DNA of 64,000 bases, from positions 4,608,001 through 4,672,000 of the forward strand of contig OY764216.1 in NCBI GenBank assembly GCA_963668315.1. Reading direction: 5' to 3'. Under the pieces are notes generated by a model. That model had not been told where the DNA came from. It was given only the letters and a program-made list of their open reading frames with translations, and did no database searches. Origin of the DNA: Spirochaetia bacterium (GTDB lineage: Bacteria > Spirochaetota > Spirochaetia > DSM-2461). Shown piece by piece: positions 39,740-49,741 of the stretch. Numbering within the stretch: position 1 is the stretch's first letter; every line of letters begins with the position of its first letter. The translations under genes and the position numbers were made by a program.

Positions 39740-40893
39740 ACCACACCCCTTTCCAGCTTCTGCCTGGCATCAGTGAAATTGATGACCTGTCCCGCATGAG
39801 AATACCTATCCATCATATTACTGCTCTTATGTCCCGCCAAAGCCATAATCGCCAGATCAGGCAAACCGGCCATTCGTGCCAAAGTTACAAAGCTATGACG
39901 AAGCCCATGGAAAGTAAGGTTGCGTTTCTTCCGCTGTTCCTCATCAATCCCCAGATTGCGTAAAAGACGAATGAATCCCTTCCTTATAATAGTGTTACTA
40001 AAAGGTTCATCAACAGACTCTTTAGAAAAATGGACAAAATCATTCTCACCCGTTCGGGGAGAAATCCTTTTCAAATTCAGAAGGATAGGAATAAGAGAAC
40101 TATGAAGTATAGTCTGTCGATTTGATCCAGCCTTACATCCCTTAAGTCCCTCCGAATCCACCCAATTATGACGAATATTCAGCAGTTGCCGATCAAAGTC
40201 TATATCCCCCCACTGCAACCCCCGTACTTCTCCTCTACGAAGCCCACAGAAAGCTGCAAGAAGTATAGCCGACTTAACCCTCAAATCATCCTCTTGAAGC
40301 CCCAGAAGGGCTTCAGTTTCGTCTACAGTAAGTACTCCCCTCTCCTTCTCCTGGTATCGAATCGGAGAGATTTTCAATAGTGGATTCTCAGGAATCTCAT
40401 CCCGACTATAAGCGAAGGAATAAGCAGTTTTCAAAGTCTGAATAAGTGTATTAATCCGTCTCTTCCCTACACCCTTCTCAACCAGCCAGAGCTTCCAGTC
40501 ATTCACCATACCGGCGGTCAGCTCACTGATTCTCAGCTTCTTAAAGGGAGGATAGGTTTCGATATAATATTTGATACCCGATTGATTCACCCTTAGGTAA
40601 TCAGCGGAAAGAGGACGTCCTTCCACCAGGCTGCGATACTTACAGTACCGACTCCCTTCCTGCCAGAAATCCTTTAGAAATGTGATTAGATAGCTGTAAT
40701 CCTCAAAGGACACTTCCTCGGCCATAACAAGAGCTTTATTGTAAGCTTCCTGCCAGCGGCCCTTCTTTCCTTTGACCTCTACCCCTGTGGAACGGGTAGC
40801 CTCATAACGATTGGTAGAAGGGTTCAGAAACCTCACATACCATACAGAACCTGCCTTCAAATTCCTTATAAACAAGGAAACCGGAGCCCGCAT
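39736..40893 (-). CDS. Phage/island-type tyrosine integrase
   Basis: GLRRGE, FHGLRHSF, AGHKS, DRYSH; AGGAGG RBS before ATG 40893; adjacent to tRNA 3' end. Confidence 0.92.
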   Translation of the reverse strand: MRAPVSLFIRNLKAGSVWYVRFLNPSTNRYEATRSTGVEVKGKKGRWQEAYNKALVMAEEVSFEDYSYLITFLKDFWQEGSRYCKYRSLVEGRPLSADYLRVNQSGIKYYIETYPPFKKLRISELTAGMVNDWKLWLVEKGVGKRRINTLIQTLKTAYSFAYSRDEIPENPLLKISPIRYQEKERGVLTVDETEALLGLQEDDLRVKSAILLAAFCGLRRGEVRGLQWGDIDFDRQLLNIRHNWVDSEGLKGCKAGSNRQTILHSSLIPILLNLKRISPRTGENDFVHFSKESVDEPFSNTIIRKGFIRLLRNLGIDEEQRKKRNLTFHGLRHSFVTLARMAGLPDLAIMALAGHKSSNMMDRYSHAGQVINFTDARQKLERGVV

Positions 40894-40914
40894 AAAACCT
40901 CCTTTCTTTCGAAA

Positions 40915-40937
40915 ACGTGTAACACGACGTGTAACAC
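40915..40937. repeat. Direct repeat ACGTGTAACAC x2, candidate integrase arm-type sites
   Basis: 40915-40925 and 40927-40937, between tRNA and integrase start. Confidence 0.6.
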
Positions 40938-41049
40938 CTTGGGTTTTATTACGATCTCCGGTTTTCCGGTCGAAAGTAATAATCAAATTGACTACTACCA
41001 AGTTCTTACTATACATAAAATTATATACAAGTAATGAACTTTTGTAAGT

Positions 41050-41123
41050 TGGGCCCACAAGGACTTGAACCTGGGACATCTTGATTATGAGTCAAGCGCT
41101 CTAACCAACTGAGCTATAGGCCC
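41050..41123 (-). tRNA. tRNA with CAT anticodon (probably Ile2, otherwise Met); CCA not encoded
   Basis: GGGCCTATAGCTCAGTTGGTTAGAGCGCTTGACTCATAATCAAGATGTCCCAGGTTCAAGTCCTTGTGGGCCCA folds as a cloverleaf. Confidence 0.95.
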
Positions 41124-41258
41124 TTATACGAGCGACAATACTACTTAAAAGTCTGACTTCTGTCAATAGCCCCGAAAACAATAATCCCCCCCTTTCTCCT
41201 CTATGTAAAAATGCCTAAGACTTGAGCATCCCCCCGAAAAGGCATACAATAGCGGATT

Positions 41259-42050
41259 ATGCACATAATCGACGCCCACGCCCACATTTTCCCCCCGAAA
41301 ATCGCCCGGAAAGCCAGTCGCTCCATCGGCTCCTTCTACGACGCCCCCATCCAGTACAACGGCTCGATCGAAGAGCTGATCGCCAGCGGGGATAAAATCT
41401 CCGTCGATTACTACATCGTCCATTCCACCGCGACCAAGGCGGATCAGGTCTGCTCCATAAACGACTTCATCATCGACTCCTGCCGGGTCGAATCCCGCTT
41501 CATCGGCTTCGGCACCATGCACCCCGCCTTCTCCGATGTCCGCGGCGAATTCACCCGCATGCAGGCGGGCGGACTCAAAGGCCTGAAACTCCACCCCGAC
41601 TTCCAGAACGTCGCCGCCGACGATCCCTCCCTGGACCCGACCTACGAGGAACTGGTCTCCCGCGACATGCCCGTCCTTATCCACGCCGGCGATTTCCGCT
41701 ACGACTTTTCCGGTCCCCTCCGCCTCTCCCGGGTTCTGGACAGGCATCCCCGCCTCAAAATGATCGCCGCCCACTTCGGAGGCTACACCCAATGGAAGGA
41801 GTCCTTCGACCATCTGGCCGGCCGCAACTGCTGGTTCGACACCTCCAGCACCCTCTGGGAACTCCCCGCCGACAAAGCCCGCCTGATCTTCGAAAAACAC
41901 GGCGCCGACCGTTTCCTCTTCGGCTCCGATTTTCCCATGTGGGACCACTCCGAAGAGCTGAAAAGGCTGGAAATGCTCAACCTGAGCGACAAGGAACTAC
42001 AGGCCGTCCTCTGGGACAACGCCGCCGACCTCCTCTCCTTGGCCCCCTAG
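41259..42050 (+). CDS. Amidohydrolase_2-family protein
   Basis: IIDAHAH, GLKLHP, IHAG, AAHFGG, LFGSDFP. Confidence 0.9.
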   Translation: MHIIDAHAHIFPPKIARKASRSIGSFYDAPIQYNGSIEELIASGDKISVDYYIVHSTATKADQVCSINDFIIDSCRVESRFIGFGTMHPAFSDVRGEFTRMQAGGLKGLKLHPDFQNVAADDPSLDPTYEELVSRDMPVLIHAGDFRYDFSGPLRLSRVLDRHPRLKMIAAHFGGYTQWKESFDHLAGRNCWFDTSSTLWELPADKARLIFEKHGADRFLFGSDFPMWDHSEELKRLEMLNLSDKELQAVLWDNAADLLSLAP

Positions 42051-42244
42051 GCGAAAGGCCCCTTCCCCGACCCGATTCATGGGGGAGCCCCCGCTCACGC
42101 GGGCCGGGCTTTCCCCTCCAATTCGCTTAACCAGGATGCTGTTTCCGGCTTCCCGCCGGGCATCCTTGGCTCATTTCCGGTACAATCCCTGTCTCGATTT
42201 CCTTTTTGCTTGATCTTCCCGGGGAAACAAAATAAAATGAACCC

Positions 42245-43177
42245 ATGGACAGACCTGACTATACCTGGAGAGACCTCCGTTCCGAGGAACATCGTCTTGC
42301 GGCGGAAATCATGGGACGGGAGGCTGTCAGCCTATCTCCCATTCCCACGGACCTGACAGAAGTACTGCGCCGGGACTTCCCCGTGAAAGCCGTCCTTTTC
42401 GATATATACGGGACTCTCCTTATCTCGGGAACGGGCGATATCAGCATTTCCCAGGAAAAGGATAATAACTTCCGCCTGGACGCCGGTATGGAGGGAACGG
42501 AATTTTCCCGTCTCCCCCGGGAATACCGCAGCCAGGACCTGACGGGAGCCCTGAAGGATGTCATCAAAGACATCCACCGGGAACGGCGTGACCAGGGGGC
42601 CGACTATCCCGAAGTGGATATCATTACCGTATGGGACAGGGTCCTCTCCCGGTTTAAAACGGAGCGGTTCATCGATAAGGATTACTCCCTCCGCTCCCTT
42701 GTCCATCTGGCCGCCTACCACGAGATTGTATCCAATCCCGTCTGGGAGATGCCCGGAGCTTTCGCCCTCCTGTCCTCCCTGAAGAAAAAAGGCTATCCCA
42801 TGGGCATCGTCTCCAATGCCCAGTTCTATACGCCCCTGACGATGGAAACCCTCTCGGGACGGTCCCTGGCCGATCTGGGATTTACCGAAGAGCTCTGCTC
42901 CTGGTCCTATAAACTGTTAAGGGGCAAACCCTCCCCCGACCTGTTTAAAGCCCCCCTGGAAGAACTCAAGGCGGGAGGCATCAGCCCGGAAGAAGTTCTC
43001 TACGTGGGAAATGACATGCTTAACGATATATACACATCCCGTTTATGGGGATGTAAAACAGCCCTTTTCGCCGGAGACCAGCGCTCTCTCCGCCTGAGGG
43101 AAGGTGACGAGCGCTGCACCGGCCTGGAACCGGATCTGATCCTGACCGATCTTAATCAGCTTGAGGAGCTACTGTGA
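42245..43177 (+). CDS. HAD-family hydrolase
   Basis: FDIYGTL, IVSN, KPSP, YVGNDMLNDI. Confidence 0.88.
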   Translation: MDRPDYTWRDLRSEEHRLAAEIMGREAVSLSPIPTDLTEVLRRDFPVKAVLFDIYGTLLISGTGDISISQEKDNNFRLDAGMEGTEFSRLPREYRSQDLTGALKDVIKDIHRERRDQGADYPEVDIITVWDRVLSRFKTERFIDKDYSLRSLVHLAAYHEIVSNPVWEMPGAFALLSSLKKKGYPMGIVSNAQFYTPLTMETLSGRSLADLGFTEELCSWSYKLLRGKPSPDLFKAPLEELKAGGISPEEVLYVGNDMLNDIYTSRLWGCKTALFAGDQRSLRLREGDERCTGLEPDLILTDLNQLEELL

Positions 43178-44145
43178 GTACCCAGATAGAAAATAAGCCC
43201 GAAAAAGGGCGCAAGGAAAAAAAACAGAAGAAAGAGAAAAGAGCCAAAGCTCCCCAAAAAAAGCCGAATAAGTCCATACGGCGGTTCCGGCGCTGGCTGA
43301 CCTTTCTCATATTTCTGGTATTCGCCGGCTTTGTCGCCTATACGGGATGGGTGCAGTACGATATTCCCGAAGGATACGGCGGTATGATACACACCAAATT
43401 CTCCTATCGGGACGGGGAGTGGACCGGCGGATTTGATAAGGCGCTCACCGTGCATGACGGCCTTCACTGGCGCTGGGAAAAACTCTTCCCCACCAATCTC
43501 ACCCTCCATGTTTACCCCCTGGACATAAGAACGGTCACCCTCTCCTCAAAGGGCACCCTCCCCTCGGGAGACATCTACCTGGCTTTTGTGGAAGAACAGG
43601 GTACAAGCCGCTTCGACTGGGATATCCGCGTCTCCCTCACCTACCGCCTCAAAGAGGAGAGCGTACCCCAGCTGGCCGCAGAAGAGGGGATCTTCCCGGA
43701 AGATCTGGAAGATTTTTTCATGAAGGAAGAAGAGCTAATGGAAAGGGAGATCTACGGTTACCTGAAGGATTATGCCCCCCAGGAGAGCAGTTCCGCCTAC
43801 TGGAGCGATCTGGAGGATAAACTGAATAAGCAGCACCCCTACCTGGAGATCACCTCTCTGGTCCCCGACTCCCTGAAGCTGCCCGATCTGGTGTTCTACG
43901 AAAAATCCCGCAGCCTCTACTTCGCCTATCTGGACGAAAAGAACCGAGCCCTGGAAGAGATGATCAGCCGGGTTGCCCCGAAAACGGCGGTCAACGAGGA
44001 AAAAATGAAAGTCCTTGAGGAGTACGGGAAAGTCCTTACCGAATACCCCGTTCTCATCGATTTCTTTGCTCTGGATAAGAACAACGATTTCGGCCGTTAC
44101 CTTCCCAGCGAACTTATGCCGGAAAATCTGGAAGCGTCCGAATAA
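43174..44145 (+). CDS. Membrane-anchored hypothetical protein (SPFH-like)
   Basis: Basic N-terminus, one TM, GLHWRWEKLFP. Confidence 0.6.
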   Translation: MSTQIENKPEKGRKEKKQKKEKRAKAPQKKPNKSIRRFRRWLTFLIFLVFAGFVAYTGWVQYDIPEGYGGMIHTKFSYRDGEWTGGFDKALTVHDGLHWRWEKLFPTNLTLHVYPLDIRTVTLSSKGTLPSGDIYLAFVEEQGTSRFDWDIRVSLTYRLKEESVPQLAAEEGIFPEDLEDFFMKEEELMEREIYGYLKDYAPQESSSAYWSDLEDKLNKQHPYLEITSLVPDSLKLPDLVFYEKSRSLYFAYLDEKNRALEEMISRVAPKTAVNEEKMKVLEEYGKVLTEYPVLIDFFALDKNNDFGRYLPSELMPENLEASE

Positions 44146-44773
44146 CCAGAAGAGAACCCTTCTCTCTTTTCAAACGCACCTTTGTTTCGACAAAGCGGTT
44201 GCTCAAGCTCAGCTCACCCCGGCCCCAGCGAACCGGCTCCAGGGGCCAGCGGAGACCTTCGGAATGAAAAAAGATATCCCTGTTCCCCAGGGGATAAAAG
44301 GAGATGACCTCCCCCGGCGATCCGTCCATCTCGATAGACTCCCCCAGAGGGAAAATCTCCTCCCGCCCTGAAATCCACAGGCTGGGGACACGGGGGCCTT
44401 CAAACAGGGCCAGCAGGGCCAGGGTATGATCAAGCCGTCCTTCCCCTCCCCCGATGAGCACCCTTCTCTCATAACCTTGAATCTCATCAAGAGCCAGTTC
44501 CGTATCGGTATAATCCTTATCCGCGGGAAATATCTTCACCCGCTCCCCGGGAAAATCATCCAGGGCGGCCCTGTTTCCCAGAGAGTCCATATCTCCCACA
44601 ATCATGTCAGGCCGGAACCCGTAGGAGAGGGCCTGGTCAAGGCCGGAATCGGCGGCGACAAGATAGTCGCACTCTTTCAGTAAGGGAGCCACGGCGGCAA
44701 GGGGAGGAGCGGCGCCCCCGGTAATAACAATAGCAAGTGAGCCTTTCATAGAATTATTTATAAAATATTTCAT
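44114..44773 (-). CDS. thiN: Thiamine diphosphokinase
   Basis: AADSG, GDMDS, KDYTDTELAL, GRLDH, LSLSN; true start may be the second Met. Confidence 0.88.
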   Translation of the reverse strand: MKYFINNSMKGSLAIVITGGAAPPLAAVAPLLKECDYLVAADSGLDQALSYGFRPDMIVGDMDSLGNRAALDDFPGERVKIFPADKDYTDTELALDEIQGYERRVLIGGGEGRLDHTLALLALFEGPRVPSLWISGREEIFPLGESIEMDGSPGEVISFYPLGNRDIFFHSEGLRWPLEPVRWGRGELSLSNRFVETKVRLKREKGSLLVIRTLPDFPA

Positions 44774-44781
44774 AAAAAAAC

Positions 44782-44808
44782 TAAAGGCCCTTCTTCAAAA
44801 TCCGAAAA
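44782..44808 (+). promoter_or_regulatory. Sigma28 (FliA) promoter of flagellin
   Basis: TAAA-N15-TCCGAAAA. Confidence 0.7.
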
Positions 44809-44888
44809 TGATGATAGGGATTCAGGATGAATCCTTTGTGAATAGGGATGTTCACATACTTTTTCTTAGATCAAGGAGGATCTAAACT

Positions 44889-45749
44889 ATGATTATTAAT
44901 CACAATATGTCCGCACTGTATTCCAACAGACAGCTGGGTGTAAACAACCTCAACACAACCAAAGCTATGGAGAAACTCTCCTCAGGTTTGAGAATCAACA
45001 GAGCCGGTGACGATGCTGCCGGTCTGGCCATCTCTGAAAAAATGAGAGCCCAGATTGAAGGTTTGAACCAGGCTTCCCGGAATGCCGGCGACGGTATCAG
45101 CTTCATCCAGACTTCAGAAGGTTACCTCCAGGAAACTTCCGACGCTCTCAGAAGAATCAGAGAGCTGGCCGTACAGTCTTCCAACGGTATCTACTCCAGC
45201 GAAGACCGCATGCAGATCCAGGTGGAAGTGTCTCAGCTGGTTGACGAAATCGACAGAATCGCATCCCATGCCCAGTTCAACGGCATGAACATGCTTACCG
45301 GCCGTTTTGCCAAAGAGACGGGACTGAACTCCGTAACGTCCTCCATGTGGCTGCACATCGGTGCCAATATGGACCAGAGAGAGCAGGTTTTCATCGGAAC
45401 CATGACTTCCAGTTCTCTGGGTGTCCGCCAGATAGGTACGGGAATCATCATGTCCCTTTCCACCCCCGAGCAGGCCAACAGAAACATCGGCGTTCTCGAT
45501 GCCGCCCTCAAGGTGGTCAATAAGCAGAGAGCCGACCTGGGTGCCTACCAGAACAGACTGGAAATGGCCGTGAAGGGTATCGATGTCGCCGCAGAAAACC
45601 TGCAGGCTTCCGAATCCCGCATCCGCGACGCGGATATGGCTCAGGAAAGCATCGAGTATGCCCGCCAGAATATTCTCAGCCAGAGTGCCAATGCTATGCT
45701 GGCTCAGGCCAATACCAGAGGACAGCAGGTACTTTCCTTGCTGCAGTAA
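44889..45749 (+). CDS. flaB: Flagellar filament core protein (spirochaete FlaB)
   Basis: [51 protein letters not shown]. Confidence 0.97.
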   Translation: MIINHNMSALYSNRQLGVNNLNTTKAMEKLSSGLRINRAGDDAAGLAISEKMRAQIEGLNQASRNAGDGISFIQTSEGYLQETSDALRRIRELAVQSSNGIYSSEDRMQIQVEVSQLVDEIDRIASHAQFNGMNMLTGRFAKETGLNSVTSSMWLHIGANMDQREQVFIGTMTSSSLGVRQIGTGIIMSLSTPEQANRNIGVLDAALKVVNKQRADLGAYQNRLEMAVKGIDVAAENLQASESRIRDADMAQESIEYARQNILSQSANAMLAQANTRGQQVLSLLQ

Positions 45750-45848
45750 TCGTAATAAAGCCGGCTTTTCCCGAATTTCCCGATTTGGGGGACTCCGGTT
45801 ATTGCGTTTTCCTAACTATTTTCGTTATTATTCCCGTAATGACATACG

Positions 45849-45872
45849 AACCGGCCTCAGGGCCGGTTTTTT
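45849..45872 (+). terminator. Intrinsic terminator-like hairpin
   Basis: AACCGGCC-TCAG-GGCCGGTTTTTT. Confidence 0.6.
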
Positions 45873-45883
45873 TGAGGATTTGA

Positions 45884-47254
45884 ATGAACCGTGAATTAAC
45901 AGTACCCCCGGAAATATATGAAATGGCCGAGATTTTCCATAAAGCCGGCTATGAATCTTTTCTCGTCGGGGGCGCCGTGCGCGATCAGCTGCTGGGACGG
46001 GATGCCAAGGACTGGGACCTTACCACCAATGCCCTGCCAGAGCAGGTGATCAAAATCTTCCGCCATGTCATCCCCACGGGGATCAAACACGGCACGGTTA
46101 CGGTCATCTATAAAAAATATCACGTGGAAGTCACTACTTACCGGGTGGACGGTAAATACACCGACGGGCGCCGTCCCGATAAAATCTCCTTCAGCCCCAG
46201 TCTGGAAGAGGACCTGAAACGGCGGGATTTCACCATCAATTCCATCGCCTACGACCTGATAAACCGCTGCCTCGTCGACCCCAATAACGGGCTGGCCGAT
46301 CTGGAAGCCAAACAGATACGGGCCATTGGCGTGGCAAAGGAGAGGTTCGACGAAGACGGACTCAGATCCATAAGGGCCTGCCGCTTCGCCGCCCAGCTGA
46401 ATTTCAATGTCACGGCCGAAACGTTCAGGGGCATTAAAGAGACCCATTACCGCATTCCCGGTCTCTCCAAAGAGAGGATATACGAGGAGCTCATGAAAAT
46501 CATGGGAACCGAAACGCCCTCTCTCAGCTTCAAACTCTTCCGCGATACGGGGCTTCTGAGAATACTGTTCCCCGAGCTTTATGCCTGCATCGGCGTAAAA
46601 CAGAAGGGAAGCCACTCCTACGATGTATTCGAGCACTCCCTCTATGCCTGCGACGGGGTCCCCCCCACCCATAAGGAAGTCCGCATCGCCGCCCTTTTCC
46701 ATGATATCGGCAAACCGGGGGTAATGAAAACCGGAGAGGATGGAATTGCCACCTTCCATAACCATGAGAAGTTATCCGAATCCATGGCACGGAAAATCAT
46801 GCTCCGCTACCGCTTTCCCGTTAAATCCATGAATAAAATATCCCATCTCATTCTCTGTCATATGTTTCATTATGAGCCGTCTTGGACGGACAGCGCCGTT
46901 AGACGCCTCATCGCCAGGGTGGGCGTGGAAAACCTGGAAGATCTATTCCTTCTTCGCATGGGTGATATCTGGGGTACGGCCCGTAAAGAAAGAAACAACG
47001 AAAGGCTGAATCAGCTTAAGGAGCGGATCGAAAGCGTCCTTCAAGAGGAGAATGCCTTCTCCATCAGGGATCTCAAAATCAACGGCTCCATTCTCCATAA
47101 GCGGGGAGAAATCCCCAAATCCCGTCAGATGGGACGGGTTCTGGAATACCTTCTGGAAACAGTACTGGACGATCCGTCGCTGAATGAGGAAGATCTTTTA
47201 CTGCAAAAGGGAATGGATTATTACCGGGACGTACTTGTTTCGAAAAACTCGTAG
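45884..47254 (+). CDS. cca: CCA-adding tRNA nucleotidyltransferase (with HD domain)
   Basis: VGGAVRD, DWD, DLKRRDFTINS, ERIYEEL, FHDIGKP. Confidence 0.88.
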   Translation: MNRELTVPPEIYEMAEIFHKAGYESFLVGGAVRDQLLGRDAKDWDLTTNALPEQVIKIFRHVIPTGIKHGTVTVIYKKYHVEVTTYRVDGKYTDGRRPDKISFSPSLEEDLKRRDFTINSIAYDLINRCLVDPNNGLADLEAKQIRAIGVAKERFDEDGLRSIRACRFAAQLNFNVTAETFRGIKETHYRIPGLSKERIYEELMKIMGTETPSLSFKLFRDTGLLRILFPELYACIGVKQKGSHSYDVFEHSLYACDGVPPTHKEVRIAALFHDIGKPGVMKTGEDGIATFHNHEKLSESMARKIMLRYRFPVKSMNKISHLILCHMFHYEPSWTDSAVRRLIARVGVENLEDLFLLRMGDIWGTARKERNNERLNQLKERIESVLQEENAFSIRDLKINGSILHKRGEIPKSRQMGRVLEYLLETVLDDPSLNEEDLLLQKGMDYYRDVLVSKNS

Positions 47255-47979
47255 GCCAAACGGGCGGCTTCCTGCTCGGCCTTCTTCTTATTGGAACCCG
47301 TACCGGGCCCGAAAACCTTATCGTTGATTTTTACTTCCATATTGTAGACCCTGTCATGATCGGGTCCATCCACGGATACCACATGATAGCGGGGACAGCA
47401 CTTATACTTTTTCTGGATCATTTCCTGAAGGAGAGTTTTATAATCGCGGTAATGCTTTTTCTCGTTGACCTTCTCAATCTCGGGCTTAAGCTTCTCCAGA
47501 ACGAAATCAGTAACGAGCTTGAAACCGGAATCGAGAAAATACGCGCCGATGACGGCTTCCATGCAGTCGGCAAGCAAAGCCGGCTTGTTCCGTCCTCCCG
47601 AATACTCTTCTCCCTTTCCGACGAGAATATAATTATCAATCTTTATTTTCTTCGCCACTTTGACGAGGCAGGACTCGCTCACCACGTAGGACTTTATCTT
47701 GGCAAGTTCCCCTTCCACGCTGTCCGGGTAGAGATGATAGAGATAATCGGCCACAATAAGACCAAGAACGGAGTCACCGAGGAATTCGAGTTTCTCGTTA
47801 TTGTCTATGGAGGCGGGATATTCGTTTGTATAGGAACGATGGCAAAAAGCCAGGTTTAGAAGATTTTCATCCTTGAATTTAATGGATGCAATCTGTTGGA
47901 AGTCAGCTAATTCCCTTCTCCTCACCGCATTAATCTGGGGCGAAGAAAAGGGAATGTTCTTGGAACCGAAAAGTTTCAC
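47221..47979 (-). CDS. rnc: Ribonuclease III
   Basis: NEKLEFLGDSVL, ADCMEAVIGA, dsRBD KTLLQE...KKKAEQEAA. Confidence 0.96.
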   Translation of the reverse strand: MKLFGSKNIPFSSPQINAVRRRELADFQQIASIKFKDENLLNLAFCHRSYTNEYPASIDNNEKLEFLGDSVLGLIVADYLYHLYPDSVEGELAKIKSYVVSESCLVKVAKKIKIDNYILVGKGEEYSGGRNKPALLADCMEAVIGAYFLDSGFKLVTDFVLEKLKPEIEKVNEKKHYRDYKTLLQEMIQKKYKCCPRYHVVSVDGPDHDRVYNMEVKINDKVFGPGTGSNKKKAEQEAARLAYEFFETSTSR

Positions 47980-47988
47980 CGGAAGGGA

Positions 47989-48225
47989 TTAGCCCTTCTG
48001 TTCGATGATGTAGTCCAGAGCGTCCTGGACTTTCTCGAATTCGGTAGCCTTTTCGTCGGGCACGCTAACACCCATTTCGGAATTGATAGCGTAAAGCAGC
48101 TCGTACGTGTCGAGACTGTCTGCGCCCAGATCCTCGCGGAAGCGGGACTCGGGAGTTACCTTGTCCTTCTCCACTTCAAGTTTGTCTACGATGATTTCCT
48201 GTAACTGTTCAAAAAGATCTGCCAT
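47989..48225 (-). CDS. acpP: Acyl carrier protein
   Basis: DLGADSLD. Confidence 0.95.
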   Translation of the reverse strand: MADLFEQLQEIIVDKLEVEKDKVTPESRFREDLGADSLDTYELLYAINSEMGVSVPDEKATEFEKVQDALDYIIEQKG

Positions 48226-48240
48226 TCCAGCACTCCTTAA

Positions 48241-48432
48241 TTAATCGGCCATCTCTTGGGGCTCGATGATTTGTTTTCCTCTGTAAAAACCACATTTGGG
48301 ACATACCCGGTGTCTGAGAACTTTGTTTCCGCAGTTTCCGCAGGCAACCAGATTGGGAGCAGTCATTGCCATGTTAATGGAACGACGTCTCCTAGTCCTC
48401 GCTTTAGAAGTCTTATATTTAGGGACTGCCAT
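48241..48432 (-). CDS. rpmF: 50S ribosomal protein L32
   Basis: MAVPKYKTSKARTRRRR...CGNCG...HRVCPKCGFY. Confidence 0.96.
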   Translation of the reverse strand: MAVPKYKTSKARTRRRRSINMAMTAPNLVACGNCGNKVLRHRVCPKCGFYRGKQIIEPQEMAD

Positions 48433-48539
48433 GTTTACCTCGCAAATAATTATATACCGGCCATCACAATATACTATAGACAAAAAATTGTCAATAATAA
48501 GAGCAGACTATGTGAAAAATGTTTGCCAGTATGGATTTA

Positions 48540-49022
48540 CTATAACAATTTTTCTTTGAGGAGGTCTTCCACCTCGGGTGTTATCATATTGGAGACATCT
48601 CCTCCCAGGGTAATCAGCTCCCGAACGACCGAAGCCCTCAGTACAAAGTATTGAGGGTCTGTGGGAAGAAAGACCGTCTCTATGTTCGAATTCAATGATT
48701 TATTGATCATGGACAATTCGAACTCATAGCCGAAATCGGACAGGGGACGCAACCCCCGGACGATGACTTTTATGTCGTTGTTCTGTGCATAATCTACAAC
48801 AAGGCTGCTCCATTTAACCACGTTAACCTGGGAGAGACCCTCGTTATCGACCATTCCCTTCATGAACTCGACTCTTTCATCGGCGGAGAGCAGATGCTTC
48901 TTCTGATTGTTATCGGCTATGACAACATCAAGTGAATCATACAGGCGGGATGCCCTTTTAATGAGGTTCAGATGTCCTAGAGTCGGAGGATCAAAGGATC
49001 CGGGGAAAGCTGCTTTAACCAT
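48540..49022 (-). CDS. coaD: Phosphopantetheine adenylyltransferase
   Basis: PGSFDPPTLGH, RGLR..DFGYE. Confidence 0.96.
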   Translation of the reverse strand: MVKAAFPGSFDPPTLGHLNLIKRASRLYDSLDVVIADNNQKKHLLSADERVEFMKGMVDNEGLSQVNVVKWSSLVVDYAQNNDIKVIVRGLRPLSDFGYEFELSMINKSLNSNIETVFLPTDPQYFVLRASVVRELITLGGDVSNMITPEVEDLLKEKLL

Positions 49023-49122
49023 AGTACAAGACTATAACGTTTTTTTCCCATCCGGTCAAAGGAAGGTTCACTTTTTTTTTTATTACTTTGACAAAAAAAA
49101 AAGAAAGTTATAAACTGATTTT

Positions 49123-49695
49123 ATGAAAATGAATATACATTTCCCGGCTTTTGCTGGGATTTTTTTACTACTGTTTATTTCCTGTTCTTCCGAACCGGAT
49201 GTCATTCAGGAAACGGAGAATGAGGAAACAGTCACGGTACAGGAAACTGAAGAGACCGTTGTGGCCGAACCTGTAGAGGAAGTGACTGTTCAGGAACCGG
49301 AAGAAGAAGTTTTCGAGGTAACACAGGAAGTTTATGATCAGACTTTCGATGAAATAAGTGCGCTGATAGAAAAATTAGATGAAATTATAGCCAAAAAGAA
49401 CTATACTTCATGGAAGGAGAACCTTTCCCAGGCATACATCGATACGAACAGCGATAAGGAACTTCTGAAGAAAAAATCGGAAAGCCCCATCCTTCAGATG
49501 AACGAAATTATACTGAGGGATCTGAAGGATTACTTCGATTACGTGGTTGTCCCCTCTCGAATGAGTCTGAATTTGGAAGAAATTGACTTTGAAGATGAAA
49601 ATCATGTAACGGCATGGACGATTTTTAACGATAATAAAACTAAGCTGTACCAACTGGAATTAATCGACGGATCATGGAAGATCAGCGTCTGGTAG
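49123..49695 (+). CDS. Lipoprotein
   Basis: Lipobox LFISC; acidic linker. Confidence 0.75.
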   Translation: MKMNIHFPAFAGIFLLLFISCSSEPDVIQETENEETVTVQETEETVVAEPVEEVTVQEPEEEVFEVTQEVYDQTFDEISALIEKLDEIIAKKNYTSWKENLSQAYIDTNSDKELLKKKSESPILQMNEIILRDLKDYFDYVVVPSRMSLNLEEIDFEDENHVTAWTIFNDNKTKLYQLELIDGSWKISVW

Positions 49696-49741
49696 GAATT
49701 TCAGCGGAAAAACGGCGCTTTGCAAACGCACTTCAAGGAGT

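Noticed and set aside
39736..40893. Island integrase as the integron integrase IntI
   Set aside because: Long arm-binding-type N-terminus, tRNA-adjacent, and no IntI-specific insertion between the catalytic patches
40894..41079. N-terminal extension of the integrase shown in the ORF track
   Set aside because: It overlaps the tRNA; a strong RBS supports the ATG at 40893
41163..41948. Long antisense ORFs (also 45896-46765, 58801-59793, 2036-2842, 3595-4275)
   Set aside because: Shadow frames opposite genes with clear motifs
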